Below, one piece after another: positions 17,208 to 26,441 of a stretch of DNA of 64,000 nt (position 1 is its first letter; each line of letters starts with the position of its first letter). The notes below the pieces were generated by a model. That model saw only the letters and a list, made by a program, of their open reading frames with translations, was not told the origin of the DNA and did no database searches. The translations under genes and the position numbers were made by a program. Origin of the DNA: Candidatus Latescibacterota bacterium (lineage in GTDB: Bacteria; Latescibacterota; UBA2968; UBA8231); NCBI GenBank assembly GCA_965204725.1, contig OZ242005.1, positions 2,592,001 through 2,656,000 on the forward strand, read 5' to 3'.

Positions 17208-20200
17208 CCACTATCTTTCGTCAGAAGTCGCTTCACTAGTGGATTAAAAGACCAACTATCACGGTATTGCAGTAATCCGAGACGTTTAGCCCAATCCAGT
17301 CGTTGACTCAAAATCCCATCAGATGAAGAGTTTTCCTTCATCTCAGACAACAACTCCTCTACCCCTTTCGCATCCTCAGAAGTGAATGCCTCGTACTCAA
17401 GCAGAGCCTGAAGCTGATTTTTAATTTCAGGAGAGTCAATACCCAAGAGCTTTAGCCACTCCTCACGTTCTTCTATGATCGTGTTATTGATCTCCTCAAT
17501 TAGCGTGTCCAAGTTAGTCGATGATAGCTGGTAGAACTTCTCCAAGATAAAAGGCCATCCACCAGAGATGTCGAGCAAATCTTTCACCTTAGATTGGTCA
17601 ATTAGCAGGTTATTATCATCGCACCATTGGCGTAAAAAAATGTGATTCCATGGACCCGCATAAATCCAATCGATACGTCTATTGTCCTCAGTAGTCTCCA
17701 GTATGTGCCACAGCTTAGCCGAGTCCGCTACAAAAACGACTCGAATATAAGGTCCTCTCTGAATAGCATCTAGGGAATTGGTTGCTTCCTCGATCCAATG
17801 TACATCCCAAGAAGTCTCCAAAGGCACCAAATACACATGAGTGCCTTGTCTCGCATCTGGACGTAATTTTCTCAGATGCTTGCTGAAGGCATCCACATCC
17901 TTAAACCGCTCTAATTCTTGGTACAATGGGCTTTCTTTTTTAGGGTGGCCCAATTCTATACGGCCCGAAAGAAACTCTCCAATATCCTCAATATTCACCG
18001 CGTTTGTGCCCGTCACTACCGTCACGCCACCATTACGTCTTAGCTGTGCCTCCTGCTCATAGCTCAGTGGTCCACGCCTAGGTGATTTGTCATCTCCTTT
18101 GTATCTCGCATGGAACGAGGCGGGCTCAAAGACTTTTGGCATTTCGTGCTGTTTGTCAAGCACTTGCTCAATTTCATCACTCGTTCCTAATAACAAGAGA
18201 ATATTGGGATTGCGAAGGGTATATCGGGCACTATCTTTCACTTGGCGCAACACACCAAGACCCTCCATCTCATGGAGAAGTACGTACAACTCGACATCAG
18301 GAATTTCAAAACCTTCCGGCCACCAAGTTCGTACCACTTCCGCTATTCGGTATCGATTCAATCCTTGTGCAATGTTTTTAGCGTTTCCCTGCAATTCGAA
18401 TGCCATTGCATAAGCAATGACCTCGTATCGCGGGTCTAACTGCAAAGTTAGCAAAAAGCGTCCGCGAATGTTTTGTCGGAGTCCATCCCTGATAAACGAG
18501 GCTTCGATGTCCTCCATGCTTATTTTATAGTGAACTTCCTGTGAGGAATCCCGCAAGTACCTGAGAAGTTCGGCACCATATAGTTGAACGAGCGACGGGT
18601 AGTAGTTGGTCTGTGCAAGTATGTGAGTGATCAGGTTATCTCCTGCGAACTGATATCCAACTGAGGATAACGGCTGACGAATTAGAGATCGAGCTTCTTG
18701 CCATTCACCATTCGAGAGAAGCGGGCCAAGACAAATAGGTTCTCCTAAGTGGGCGAGAGGGTGATTGGCCTGCTCTGTAGTCCTCAAGACGTTGTGTAAT
18801 CCAGCAAAGACGACCTTGAATTTCCTGCCGGTTTCTTCCATCAACCCCTTTAGGCGTGTAGATTCGCGAAAATCCGATTTCGCATCGAGTTTCAAGAACT
18901 CGTCCGACTCGTCCAACAGCACCAATAACCGACCTTCTTTGCGTTCTCTGATGATGTTCTCGAGAGTACTGATCCAGCGACGATGTCCAGCTTGTCCCTG
19001 TCGCGCTTGACTGTCATCGGGCACGAGTTCGACCTTGATCAATTCGTCCCACAGAACACGCCATATATCTTCTGCTGGACGAGCGTAGCCTATCTCGCAA
19101 ACCTTGAGATCGACATATATAGCGACGTTTCCCTTCTCCGGGCGGTGGAAAGTAGCCTTGACGGAGCGAAGTAGGGCAGTCTTGCCGAGTTGACGGCCTC
19201 CGTAGACAAAACAGCTTCCGTATTCATCTATAATCGCACTGTGTTCTCTCGCACGGCCATAAAACATTTCAGGTGGCACCAAGCTCGAAGTCGTAATAAA
19301 CGGTTCGGCCGACGTAAATGGTAGGGTACAGCTAAAAAATGCATGTAACCGGCCGGAGGTCACAGTGGAAAGGAACAGGACGAGAGCCTCATCGACTACA
19401 AGAAACAATTTATGATGCTGTATCGCCCAGTTGCGGAGCCACTCGCGATCAGATGTCAATAGTCCAAAGTGGAAGACCATTGTATGGTCGTGTGCATCGC
19501 TCGACTGGATTAACGATTCTCTGGCCGGTTTCTTCCAATTCAATAGGATTCTATATTGTCCGTTTGCCGCCGAGCCAAATATATGGAGCGGGCATAGATC
19601 CCGATCTCGAAGGGGTTCCGTCTCTACCTTGGCGGATGTTTTGCTATCGGACGAGACACGTTTTACTACAAACCCCAATAGTTCCAAGAACTCTCTGAGG
19701 AGATGCTCGTCAACGTCATGGTATTGGAGTTTTGACATTTTATACCAAATCTCTAGTAAACGAGCCGCCCGTTTTGCGTCCTGTTTCGCAATAGAACTAA
19801 AATCGAGGCCTGCGACAGGTCTACATGTCGCCACAGTTCTTACGATCTTGTCGTACGTTGGACGGTCTGCCGCATCCAGAGTGCTCTCGATCTCCAATCT
19901 CTTCGTCTGGAATTCATCGAACTGACCGCGTTCATCCGATTGTTCTATTATCTGTTCGCCACTACTCAACCTTCCGATTTGTTCTCGGGCAGTTACGAAG
20001 TCGCCCTCTTCAATAGCGGCTTCCACAATCGACTTTTCTTTCGAGGTTATCTGAGGGAGCTCGTTCAAATAATTGCGAGTGTCCTCGACACCCTTAGTGC
20101 GATACTGAGCGAGGTATTCTCTAATATCAGCGAACTCTTTTTCGTTGTACAAGATAGACTCCGGAGTCGAGAATTCCTGCAGAATTCGCGCCGCTAGGTC

Positions 20201-23200
20201 GTTTCGTACGTCTTCGTCGATCCAACCCGAGTAGTAAGCCCGCTCTATTTCTTCGATTAGTTTAGACTGTTTGTTGCGTAGTTTTTCACATCGCTGACTG
20301 ACAACTTCCTTGAGTTTGGTTCGACAGTGAGCCTCGTCCTGATCGGTGATGGAAGCCATGTGGTCACAAACGAGATTTGCGCCGATTAAGTCATCCCGCT
20401 TCAGACGAGCATCGAACGCTTCTATCAGTGTCGAGACGTGAGAGTCCAAATCATTGAGATGATCAACAGCCGAGTTCGAGTCCTGATCAACGACTAGTTC
20501 GTATTCTCTGTTGATATCCAGTGCGGTAACGTAAAGAAGGTCTTGGGACAAGATGACGGCAGGTTTTTCGGTGAAGACAGAAGTGTCCGTATCTTCACTG
20601 ATCTCGAATAATCTCGTCAGTGCCTTGATAGTTTTGTGACTTATTGTGAGGGCGGATGCGAGCGGTAAGGGTGGGCATTCGCTTTGGACTTGCTCAATTG
20701 CTGCAAGTGCGGAATCCCTGTGCTGGATTACGACAGTACGCAACTCCTCGATAGCCCGCTCAAAGAATTTTTTCTGATCTGGCTTTACTTCCATCAGTGA
20801 CAACCATTCTTGAGCGAGATCAAGTATGGGTTTCAGATGGTTTTTGAGTTGCTCTAGAGCACGTGCCTCAATGTTCCGGCCAGTCTGCCGACCGATCTTG
20901 TTGCGATCGGTATCACGGACGAGGTTCTGAAACTCTCGTTGCTCCTTAAGCTGCTTCTGAAGTTCTTGAATTCTCGTTCGGTTCTTTTCTTCGGCATTCG
21001 ACAGCAACTCTGCAAGATCATGCAATATCTCACCCTTGAGTTGCCACCTTCGCCAGACTTCATGCGCCGGTGCAAACATGATTCGCTGAGCTTTCGCCTC
21101 GTCTCGCCACGCCTCGACTCTCGCTGCGTGATCTTTAAACCGGCTTTCTAGAAAGGTTTTGTTGAGTGCCGTTTGAAGTCTCATGACATCGAGAGGCACA
21201 TTATAAAATTTACCTATTTTGTCTATGACACCACGAGCGAACTCGGATACCGGCGCAAGTTTATCTAACAGCTTCACTTCTTTCAGAATCCGTAGGGCAC
21301 CGGTTTGCGGCGCAAATATAGCGGGTCGTAGTGCAGCGGAGAATAACAACAGGTTGAGCGCGTCTTGAGCTTTCTCTTGGACTTTAGTGTCGTAACGGGT
21401 CAAGTCGCCGATGGCGTTAAGGTGGTTTCCAAGCTCTTTTACGATCTCCCCCTCTGGCCCGTACACTGAATTTCCCAAGGCTGTTGCGGCAATCAGATCC
21501 GCAGGCGGAAATACCGCGCTCGTGCGGTCTTCTTCGGGAGTCAGCCGTGCTATGTGATACGCGATTCCTAGTCGGTCATTTCCTATAGTTCGCCACAGGT
21601 TGAGTGCTCGTAGGTCAAGTGGGGCGTCGCTGATCTCCGATCCTTGGTAGCGAACGTCGGTATCCTCGGACTCATACCGCGTACCAGCGTTGTCAGTGTC
21701 GCCATCGGATATGCTATTATCAGTCAATTCATCAGCACCCGGCAACATGGGTATAGGCAGTTCTGGGACATTCGTCTGGTGGGTTGCCGTGGTATCCTCA
21801 TCCGCTACGTTTAGGCGTGGCTCGCTCGCGTCTTGATCAGCTTGCTCCTGATCGGGAGCTTCCTGCTCTATGTCCTCTGACTGAATATCATCTCGGCCAT
21901 CGGTTGGTTCCACAACCGCGATACTAGGTGCTTGGAGATCTGCCCATTCGCGCTCATAATCTCGTTGATCTTCGTACTCATGACCTTCTGGCAATGCCGC
22001 TTTTAGAACACGGTACATCGCTTTGGTTTCTTGAGTTGTTGAATCAGCGAGATCAGTACGAAATTCCTCTATTTCCTCGCGGAGGCTGAATTGCAAGGAA
22101 GGGTCTTTTGTTACAGTATTTTCTGCTTCTGAGATTCTCTGCTTTAGTTCAGTGATACGGTCGGTCACCATGTGCAAATTACTGACAGCACTTGCTAAAT
22201 TTTGCTTGACGCGCTCTGCATCGGCTTGAAGGGCTTCAACGTCTGCTTGGTCCTCAACTAGGTAGGTGAGCTTCCAAACCGAATGTATCTTAGACAAAGG
22301 CAACCAAGATACGTCGCCGGTATGCAATCTGATGTCTTCGATAACTCCTTCCACAAGTCGTTCGGATTGAACTGCCACGTATGCCGTCAGTACAGATTCA
22401 CGAAGTTTCCCCACCTCATCAAACAGCCTCGACAGGTCGTTGAATAACAGGTCGTCTGACGGATTATCACCGAGTTTGTGTGCAGTGTCCGCTAGTGCCT
22501 CACACACTTTGCGAAACGCCCCCTCAACATCTTCTCTTTCCCCCTTAGCAGTCTCGCTGGGAAACTGTGGAAGAAGTGCTTCCTTTTCATGTGCGTCTAC
22601 GTTGGGGGCTGGAGATGAACTGGGTAAAGCAAACTCGAAATCCTCAGCAAGCTCCTCGACTTCGTTGGCTGCCCAGATGAGCAATCGGATGTCATCCAGA
22701 ATTGTCGCAACAGAGAATGCGGCGAGTGCAACATGGGTTTGTCGGTCCAGCGGAAGTTCGTTCCACTTCATTAGGTCGCTGTAGATCGCTGGCAGAGCGG
22801 CAAGAGCTGGCCTCTGCCAATCATTGGATTTGACAGAGGGCTCGAAGAAGTCAACACAATTATTAAGTGCTTCCTCGTCCATCTCAGCTTGGAATAGACC
22901 CTCGTCGTAGTTTTTGATTGCACATGCTTCCAAGGAACGGGAGAGAGGACTTTGAGTCTTGGCACCGTTAACCAAGTCCATCCATAGTTTTCGCCGTTCC
23001 TGAGGTAGTTCATAGAAGAACTGTAGACGAAGAGCCGGAGTCTGAAGATCGGGAGACAGGAGTCTGAGATCTTTTAGAGTACTTTTGATGAACGCGTCAA
23101 TCTTCCGCCTAACCGACCGGGCTTCAGCCTCAATGCCGAGAAGTACGCGAAGTGGCTTAAGATATCTCCCAGATAGTAATCGGCTGGGTAACCCTTTAGG

Positions 23201-23224
23201 CATCTTGTGATTTGCTTTCATCAT
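17204..23224 (-). CDS. 2006-aa STAND-like P-loop ATPase
   Basis: MFYGRARE, VYGGRQLGKTALL (Walker A), LLVLLDESD (Walker B), VVFAG, wHTH-like EMEGLGVL; GGAGG upstream. Confidence 0.85.
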   Translation of the reverse strand: MMKANHKMPKGLPSRLLSGRYLKPLRVLLGIEAEARSVRRKIDAFIKSTLKDLRLLSPDLQTPALRLQFFYELPQERRKLWMDLVNGAKTQSPLSRSLEACAIKNYDEGLFQAEMDEEALNNCVDFFEPSVKSNDWQRPALAALPAIYSDLMKWNELPLDRQTHVALAAFSVATILDDIRLLIWAANEVEELAEDFEFALPSSSPAPNVDAHEKEALLPQFPSETAKGEREDVEGAFRKVCEALADTAHKLGDNPSDDLLFNDLSRLFDEVGKLRESVLTAYVAVQSERLVEGVIEDIRLHTGDVSWLPLSKIHSVWKLTYLVEDQADVEALQADAERVKQNLASAVSNLHMVTDRITELKQRISEAENTVTKDPSLQFSLREEIEEFRTDLADSTTQETKAMYRVLKAALPEGHEYEDQRDYEREWADLQAPSIAVVEPTDGRDDIQSEDIEQEAPDQEQADQDASEPRLNVADEDTTATHQTNVPELPIPMLPGADELTDNSISDGDTDNAGTRYESEDTDVRYQGSEISDAPLDLRALNLWRTIGNDRLGIAYHIARLTPEEDRTSAVFPPADLIAATALGNSVYGPEGEIVKELGNHLNAIGDLTRYDTKVQEKAQDALNLLLFSAALRPAIFAPQTGALRILKEVKLLDKLAPVSEFARGVIDKIGKFYNVPLDVMRLQTALNKTFLESRFKDHAARVEAWRDEAKAQRIMFAPAHEVWRRWQLKGEILHDLAELLSNAEEKNRTRIQELQKQLKEQREFQNLVRDTDRNKIGRQTGRNIEARALEQLKNHLKPILDLAQEWLSLMEVKPDQKKFFERAIEELRTVVIQHRDSALAAIEQVQSECPPLPLASALTISHKTIKALTRLFEISEDTDTSVFTEKPAVILSQDLLYVTALDINREYELVVDQDSNSAVDHLNDLDSHVSTLIEAFDARLKRDDLIGANLVCDHMASITDQDEAHCRTKLKEVVSQRCEKLRNKQSKLIEEIERAYYSGWIDEDVRNDLAARILQEFSTPESILYNEKEFADIREYLAQYRTKGVEDTRNYLNELPQITSKEKSIVEAAIEEGDFVTAREQIGRLSSGEQIIEQSDERGQFDEFQTKRLEIESTLDAADRPTYDKIVRTVATCRPVAGLDFSSIAKQDAKRAARLLEIWYKMSKLQYHDVDEHLLREFLELLGFVVKRVSSDSKTSAKVETEPLRDRDLCPLHIFGSAANGQYRILLNWKKPARESLIQSSDAHDHTMVFHFGLLTSDREWLRNWAIQHHKLFLVVDEALVLFLSTVTSGRLHAFFSCTLPFTSAEPFITTSSLVPPEMFYGRAREHSAIIDEYGSCFVYGGRQLGKTALLRSVKATFHRPEKGNVAIYVDLKVCEIGYARPAEDIWRVLWDELIKVELVPDDSQARQGQAGHRRWISTLENIIRERKEGRLLVLLDESDEFLKLDAKSDFRESTRLKGLMEETGRKFKVVFAGLHNVLRTTEQANHPLAHLGEPICLGPLLSNGEWQEARSLIRQPLSSVGYQFAGDNLITHILAQTNYYPSLVQLYGAELLRYLRDSSQEVHYKISMEDIEASFIRDGLRQNIRGRFLLTLQLDPRYEVIAYAMAFELQGNAKNIAQGLNRYRIAEVVRTWWPEGFEIPDVELYVLLHEMEGLGVLRQVKDSARYTLRNPNILLLLGTSDEIEQVLDKQHEMPKVFEPASFHARYKGDDKSPRRGPLSYEQEAQLRRNGGVTVVTGTNAVNIEDIGEFLSGRIELGHPKKESPLYQELERFKDVDAFSKHLRKLRPDARQGTHVYLVPLETSWDVHWIEEATNSLDAIQRGPYIRVVFVADSAKLWHILETTEDNRRIDWIYAGPWNHIFLRQWCDDNNLLIDQSKVKDLLDISGGWPFILEKFYQLSSTNLDTLIEEINNTIIEEREEWLKLLGIDSPEIKNQLQALLEYEAFTSEDAKGVEELLSEMKENSSSDGILSQRLDWAKRLGLLQYRDSWSFNPLVKRLLTKDSG

Positions 23225-23447
23225 GCCTCCAAAGAGAGGGTATTAACTAAATCTTTCCGTGCAAGCTGTCAACCCTTGATTCGTCTCACTTAATACTTCA
23301 TTGCGCCCACAGGGCCTGAGGCCACCCGCTCGCAGATGCTTCTTCGCTATATCCGGTAGCAGTGGGCATAGCTCGGCTATCTTGGCAGTAGAAATTTTGA
23401 CGGGAGGGGGTATCTTCTGCGAGGGGATTGTTCGCTACGAGCTACTT

Positions 23448-24338
23448 TTACGCTCCTAGTAGCCATTCGAGCAAGCGTTGGCCAAAGTCCGGGGCCAAGT
23501 GCGGTACGTGCGCCCCTTGCACCATGGTCCACAACTCGATGGTGGCGTCGTTGCGGCAGCCCGTGCGGTAGCGGGTGCGGGTCGTCTCGGGGCCGTCGAG
23601 GTCTTGGTCGAGGTCGAGCGGGGGAAGGGTTTCTGGCTCGGTGAGGTTGCAGCGGGCGAGCGCGGCCCAGCGCAACGCGACTTCTTCCGCGCCGGCGTAC
23701 TCCTGCTCGCCGGTGCTCCCGTCGTAGGCTATTACTTGGTCGGCCGTGCCGTGGATTTGCAGCACCGAGACCGGGGACGCAAAGGCACAGCGCGAGGGGT
23801 CGCTAAAGGAAGTGCCGGCGAGGCTGGCAATGGCGACTAGCCGGGGGATGCCTTCGCAGGCGAGCCGGTAGGACATAAAGCCGCCGTTGGAGTGCCCGAG
23901 GACGAAGATGCGCTCTACGGCGATATGCGTGGCGGCCTCTTCGAGCAACCCTGAAAGGTACTGCACGTCATCGACTTGGGTGTTGTGGAGGTCGCAGCAG
24001 AAGTCCGTGGCGTTCCAGAAGCGATGGCCGTCGGGATCACGTGTGCCATTGGCCATAACGAGGGCGAAGCGATGGGCATTCACCCGCTTTGAGAGGCCAA
24101 AATAGCGGTCGTGCTCGGCCAAATGGCTAGTGAAACCGTGCAGGCTGAGCACGAGCGGAATCGGCGTTTCGGGGTCGTGGTCGGCTGGGAGAACTAGGAG
24201 GGCCGGGCGTTCGCCGCCTAACGTGTGGACGAGGTGATTTTCGCTTAGGTTGGAGATCAACTCGGTCGGGGACATTTCGCCACAGGCGAAGGATATCAGA
24301 GATGACAGAATAGCAAAAATGCTTCTTCTTTTTCTCAT
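23448..24338 (-). CDS. PHB depolymerase/LpqP-family alpha/beta esterase, probable lipoprotein
   Basis: ISFAC lipobox-like, LSLHG, WNATDFCC, GHSNGG, IHGTAD. Confidence 0.85.
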   Translation of the reverse strand: MRKRRSIFAILSSLISFACGEMSPTELISNLSENHLVHTLGGERPALLVLPADHDPETPIPLVLSLHGFTSHLAEHDRYFGLSKRVNAHRFALVMANGTRDPDGHRFWNATDFCCDLHNTQVDDVQYLSGLLEEAATHIAVERIFVLGHSNGGFMSYRLACEGIPRLVAIASLAGTSFSDPSRCAFASPVSVLQIHGTADQVIAYDGSTGEQEYAGAEEVALRWAALARCNLTEPETLPPLDLDQDLDGPETTRTRYRTGCRNDATIELWTMVQGAHVPHLAPDFGQRLLEWLLGA

Positions 24339-24463
24339 AATATTAGCCCTCCTTTCCGTTTTCGATCTACAAATTGACGAAGAATGACGCCCACACTCAG
24401 TAGGCGGTGAACCGCCCAAAGCTCAATTTTAATCTACGGAATAAGACCAACAATACCAACGCG

Positions 24464-25492
24464 CTAGGCGGCGAGTTCGCCCTTGCGATAGGCGCGGAGG
24501 AAGGCGACGCAGTACTCGTCGCGGCCCAGCAGCATATCCTCGGCCAGTTGGTAGGGACGGGCTTGGCGGTCAATGGCAAAGAGGGCGGCTAGCGAGGTGG
24601 TCGTCGGATCCATAATCGCGCTGTCGGCACCCGCTTCGACGGCCAGCAAAAGGAAGACATCGTTGATCAAATGGCGGCAGGGCAGGCCGAAGGAGACGTT
24701 GGAGAAGCCGCCGGTGATGTGGACTTCGGCCCCCAACTCGTCGCGCAGTTGGCGAATGGCGTCAAAGGCGTGGTGGCCGAATTGCGCGTCAACCGAGATG
24801 GGGAAGATCAAGGGGTCGATGTAGAGGTCAGAAAGCGGCAGGTCCAATTCCTGTGCCTTATCGACCATGCGCCGAGCGTGATCAATTCGTTCCTCAGCAC
24901 TTTGCGGCATACCGGACTCGCCAGCCGCCGTGATGACGACTTGGGCGTTGTATTGTTTGGCCAGCACTAGGGCTTCGGGCCGCTCTAAAGACGCGGAGTT
25001 GAGCAGCAGGCGCTGGGGGTGGTCGGCACCGGCTTCGAGGCCGACGGCGAGGGTATCTATTTGGGAGGAGTCAATGGCCAGAGCCGTCTGCGACATGGCC
25101 GATACCGCCTGCACCAGCCAGCGCATGGCCTCTTGTTGCTCTGCCGGCTTGAGCGATATTTCATCGACATTGAGGTCGAGAAAATCGGTGCCGGCCGCTT
25201 CTTGGCGCTGTACTTGACGGCGGAGGTAGTCGAGGGCATCCGCGTTGCCGAGCATGGCCTGTTGCACGGCGATCTTGAGGTGTTTGACGCGGCCTTCCTC
25301 GTAGTCTTGGGTTGTTTTGACGGCGTCGGGAATCGAGAGGAAGCGGCGCGTGTTGTTGGCGTCGCGGAAGCGCACGGATTCAACGCCTTGGGGGTCTGGG
25401 CCGATGAGCTTGCCTTTGCGCAAGACGACGCGGGTGGTGTGGATGTTTTCGCCGATGACGACGAAGGGACGGTCCGTACCGGGGATGTTCAT
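24464..25492 (-). CDS. Pterin-binding methyltetrahydrofolate:corrinoid methyltransferase domain (MetH-pterin/AcsE-like)
   Basis: VIGENI, FLDLNVD, AIDSS, LLNS, YIDPL, GGFSNVSFGLP. Confidence 0.88.
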   Translation of the reverse strand: MNIPGTDRPFVVIGENIHTTRVVLRKGKLIGPDPQGVESVRFRDANNTRRFLSIPDAVKTTQDYEEGRVKHLKIAVQQAMLGNADALDYLRRQVQRQEAAGTDFLDLNVDEISLKPAEQQEAMRWLVQAVSAMSQTALAIDSSQIDTLAVGLEAGADHPQRLLLNSASLERPEALVLAKQYNAQVVITAAGESGMPQSAEERIDHARRMVDKAQELDLPLSDLYIDPLIFPISVDAQFGHHAFDAIRQLRDELGAEVHITGGFSNVSFGLPCRHLINDVFLLLAVEAGADSAIMDPTTTSLAALFAIDRQARPYQLAEDMLLGRDEYCVAFLRAYRKGELAA

Positions 25493-25571
25493 TGGAGTTC
25501 CGTATTGGGGTGAATGGGCGTTGTTGCACGAAGTTGAATAAGATAGGCTCTAGGGATGCGATTCGCTGATT

Positions 25572-25600
25572 AGAATATCGCCTCCTCCATTTTGGGTCAA
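25572..25600 (-). promoter_or_regulatory. Putative sigma70 promoter for the pterin-binding gene
   Basis: TTGACC-17 nt-TATTCT. Confidence 0.55.
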
Positions 25601-25603
25601 CCC

Positions 25604-26323
25604 TTAGAAGTGGGCGTCTCCAAGGTGTCCTTTCATCTCAAGTTGTAGCAAGCGACAGAGCCTGTCCGCGAACATCTCAACGCCGGGCAGTTCTGTGTAG
25701 TTGTGGGAATACACCGCCACGTTGAGTTCGTGGTGCCGGGCGTATTCGAGTAGATAAACATTGGTTTCTCCCGTCAGGTACATATCGATGTCATGGGCCA
25801 TGGCATCCCGAATGTAGCTGGTGTAGATACCGGCTCCCGTGACGCAACCTATCCGTTGAACTGTTCGATTCGCGTCGTACATGCTGCGTGGTTGCTCTTG
25901 CAGGAGCGAATTCAGTGTCGCGCAAACCGACTGGAAGCTCGTCGGGGCAGGCAGTTTGCCGATGCGAGCCTCGCCTGCTGAAGGTTTATAAACATGGCGA
26001 CACCCGATTTTGGCGAGCAGGGTGGACGATGTGCCAAAGTCTGCTAGATCCAACGGCAGATGCGCCCAGATATGCGTTAAGCCTTCGTCTTGGAGCAGAT
26101 CATGCACCGCATCTCTTTGCTCAAACATGAATTTCCACGCGTCGTGATGGGTCACAATGACATCTACGCGGCGGTCCACGGCCTCGTAGATCGTCCTAGG
26201 CGTAATCGTAGTCGAATAGCCCAACGAGGTCGGCTGGTCGCAGTGCTCTACGATTCCCCATTCATCCGGGTGATCATCGAGAAACCTTTTAGAAAAAAGA
26301 TCATCCAACGCAGCGCGAATCAT
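25604..26323 (-). CDS. Nif3-like dinuclear metal centre protein
   Basis: IVTHH, AHLPLD, VTGAG, YLTGE, HNYTE; AT-richer than flanks. Confidence 0.85.
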   Translation of the reverse strand: MIRAALDDLFSKRFLDDHPDEWGIVEHCDQPTSLGYSTTITPRTIYEAVDRRVDVIVTHHDAWKFMFEQRDAVHDLLQDEGLTHIWAHLPLDLADFGTSSTLLAKIGCRHVYKPSAGEARIGKLPAPTSFQSVCATLNSLLQEQPRSMYDANRTVQRIGCVTGAGIYTSYIRDAMAHDIDMYLTGETNVYLLEYARHHELNVAVYSHNYTELPGVEMFADRLCRLLQLEMKGHLGDAHF

Positions 26324-26441
26324 GCTAGGGTTTCCCACTCTGATTTATTCTGGAGTGTACTCTTGGTGTTTGGATATATGCCTATTTTCTATCAGAATAT
26401 ACGGTCAATCTCAATTTGAAGCCGCGATGAGAGCGAGACGG

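Larger units (their letters stand above)
16065..23482. mobile_element. AT-richer cassette 2 bounded by a perfect 22-bp direct repeat; no integrase
   Basis: AGCCATTCGAGCAAGCGTTGGC at 16065-16086 and 23461-23482. Confidence 0.85.

Noticed and set aside
23225-23447. Possible structured leader upstream of the large ATPase (CTCGCAGA / TCTGCGAG)
   Set aside because: Stems are only about 8 bp and compatible with chance
24402-24417. GGCGGTGAACCGCC resembling the end of the pterin-binding gene
   Set aside because: Similarity is limited to about 7 bp and is better explained as a simple hairpin
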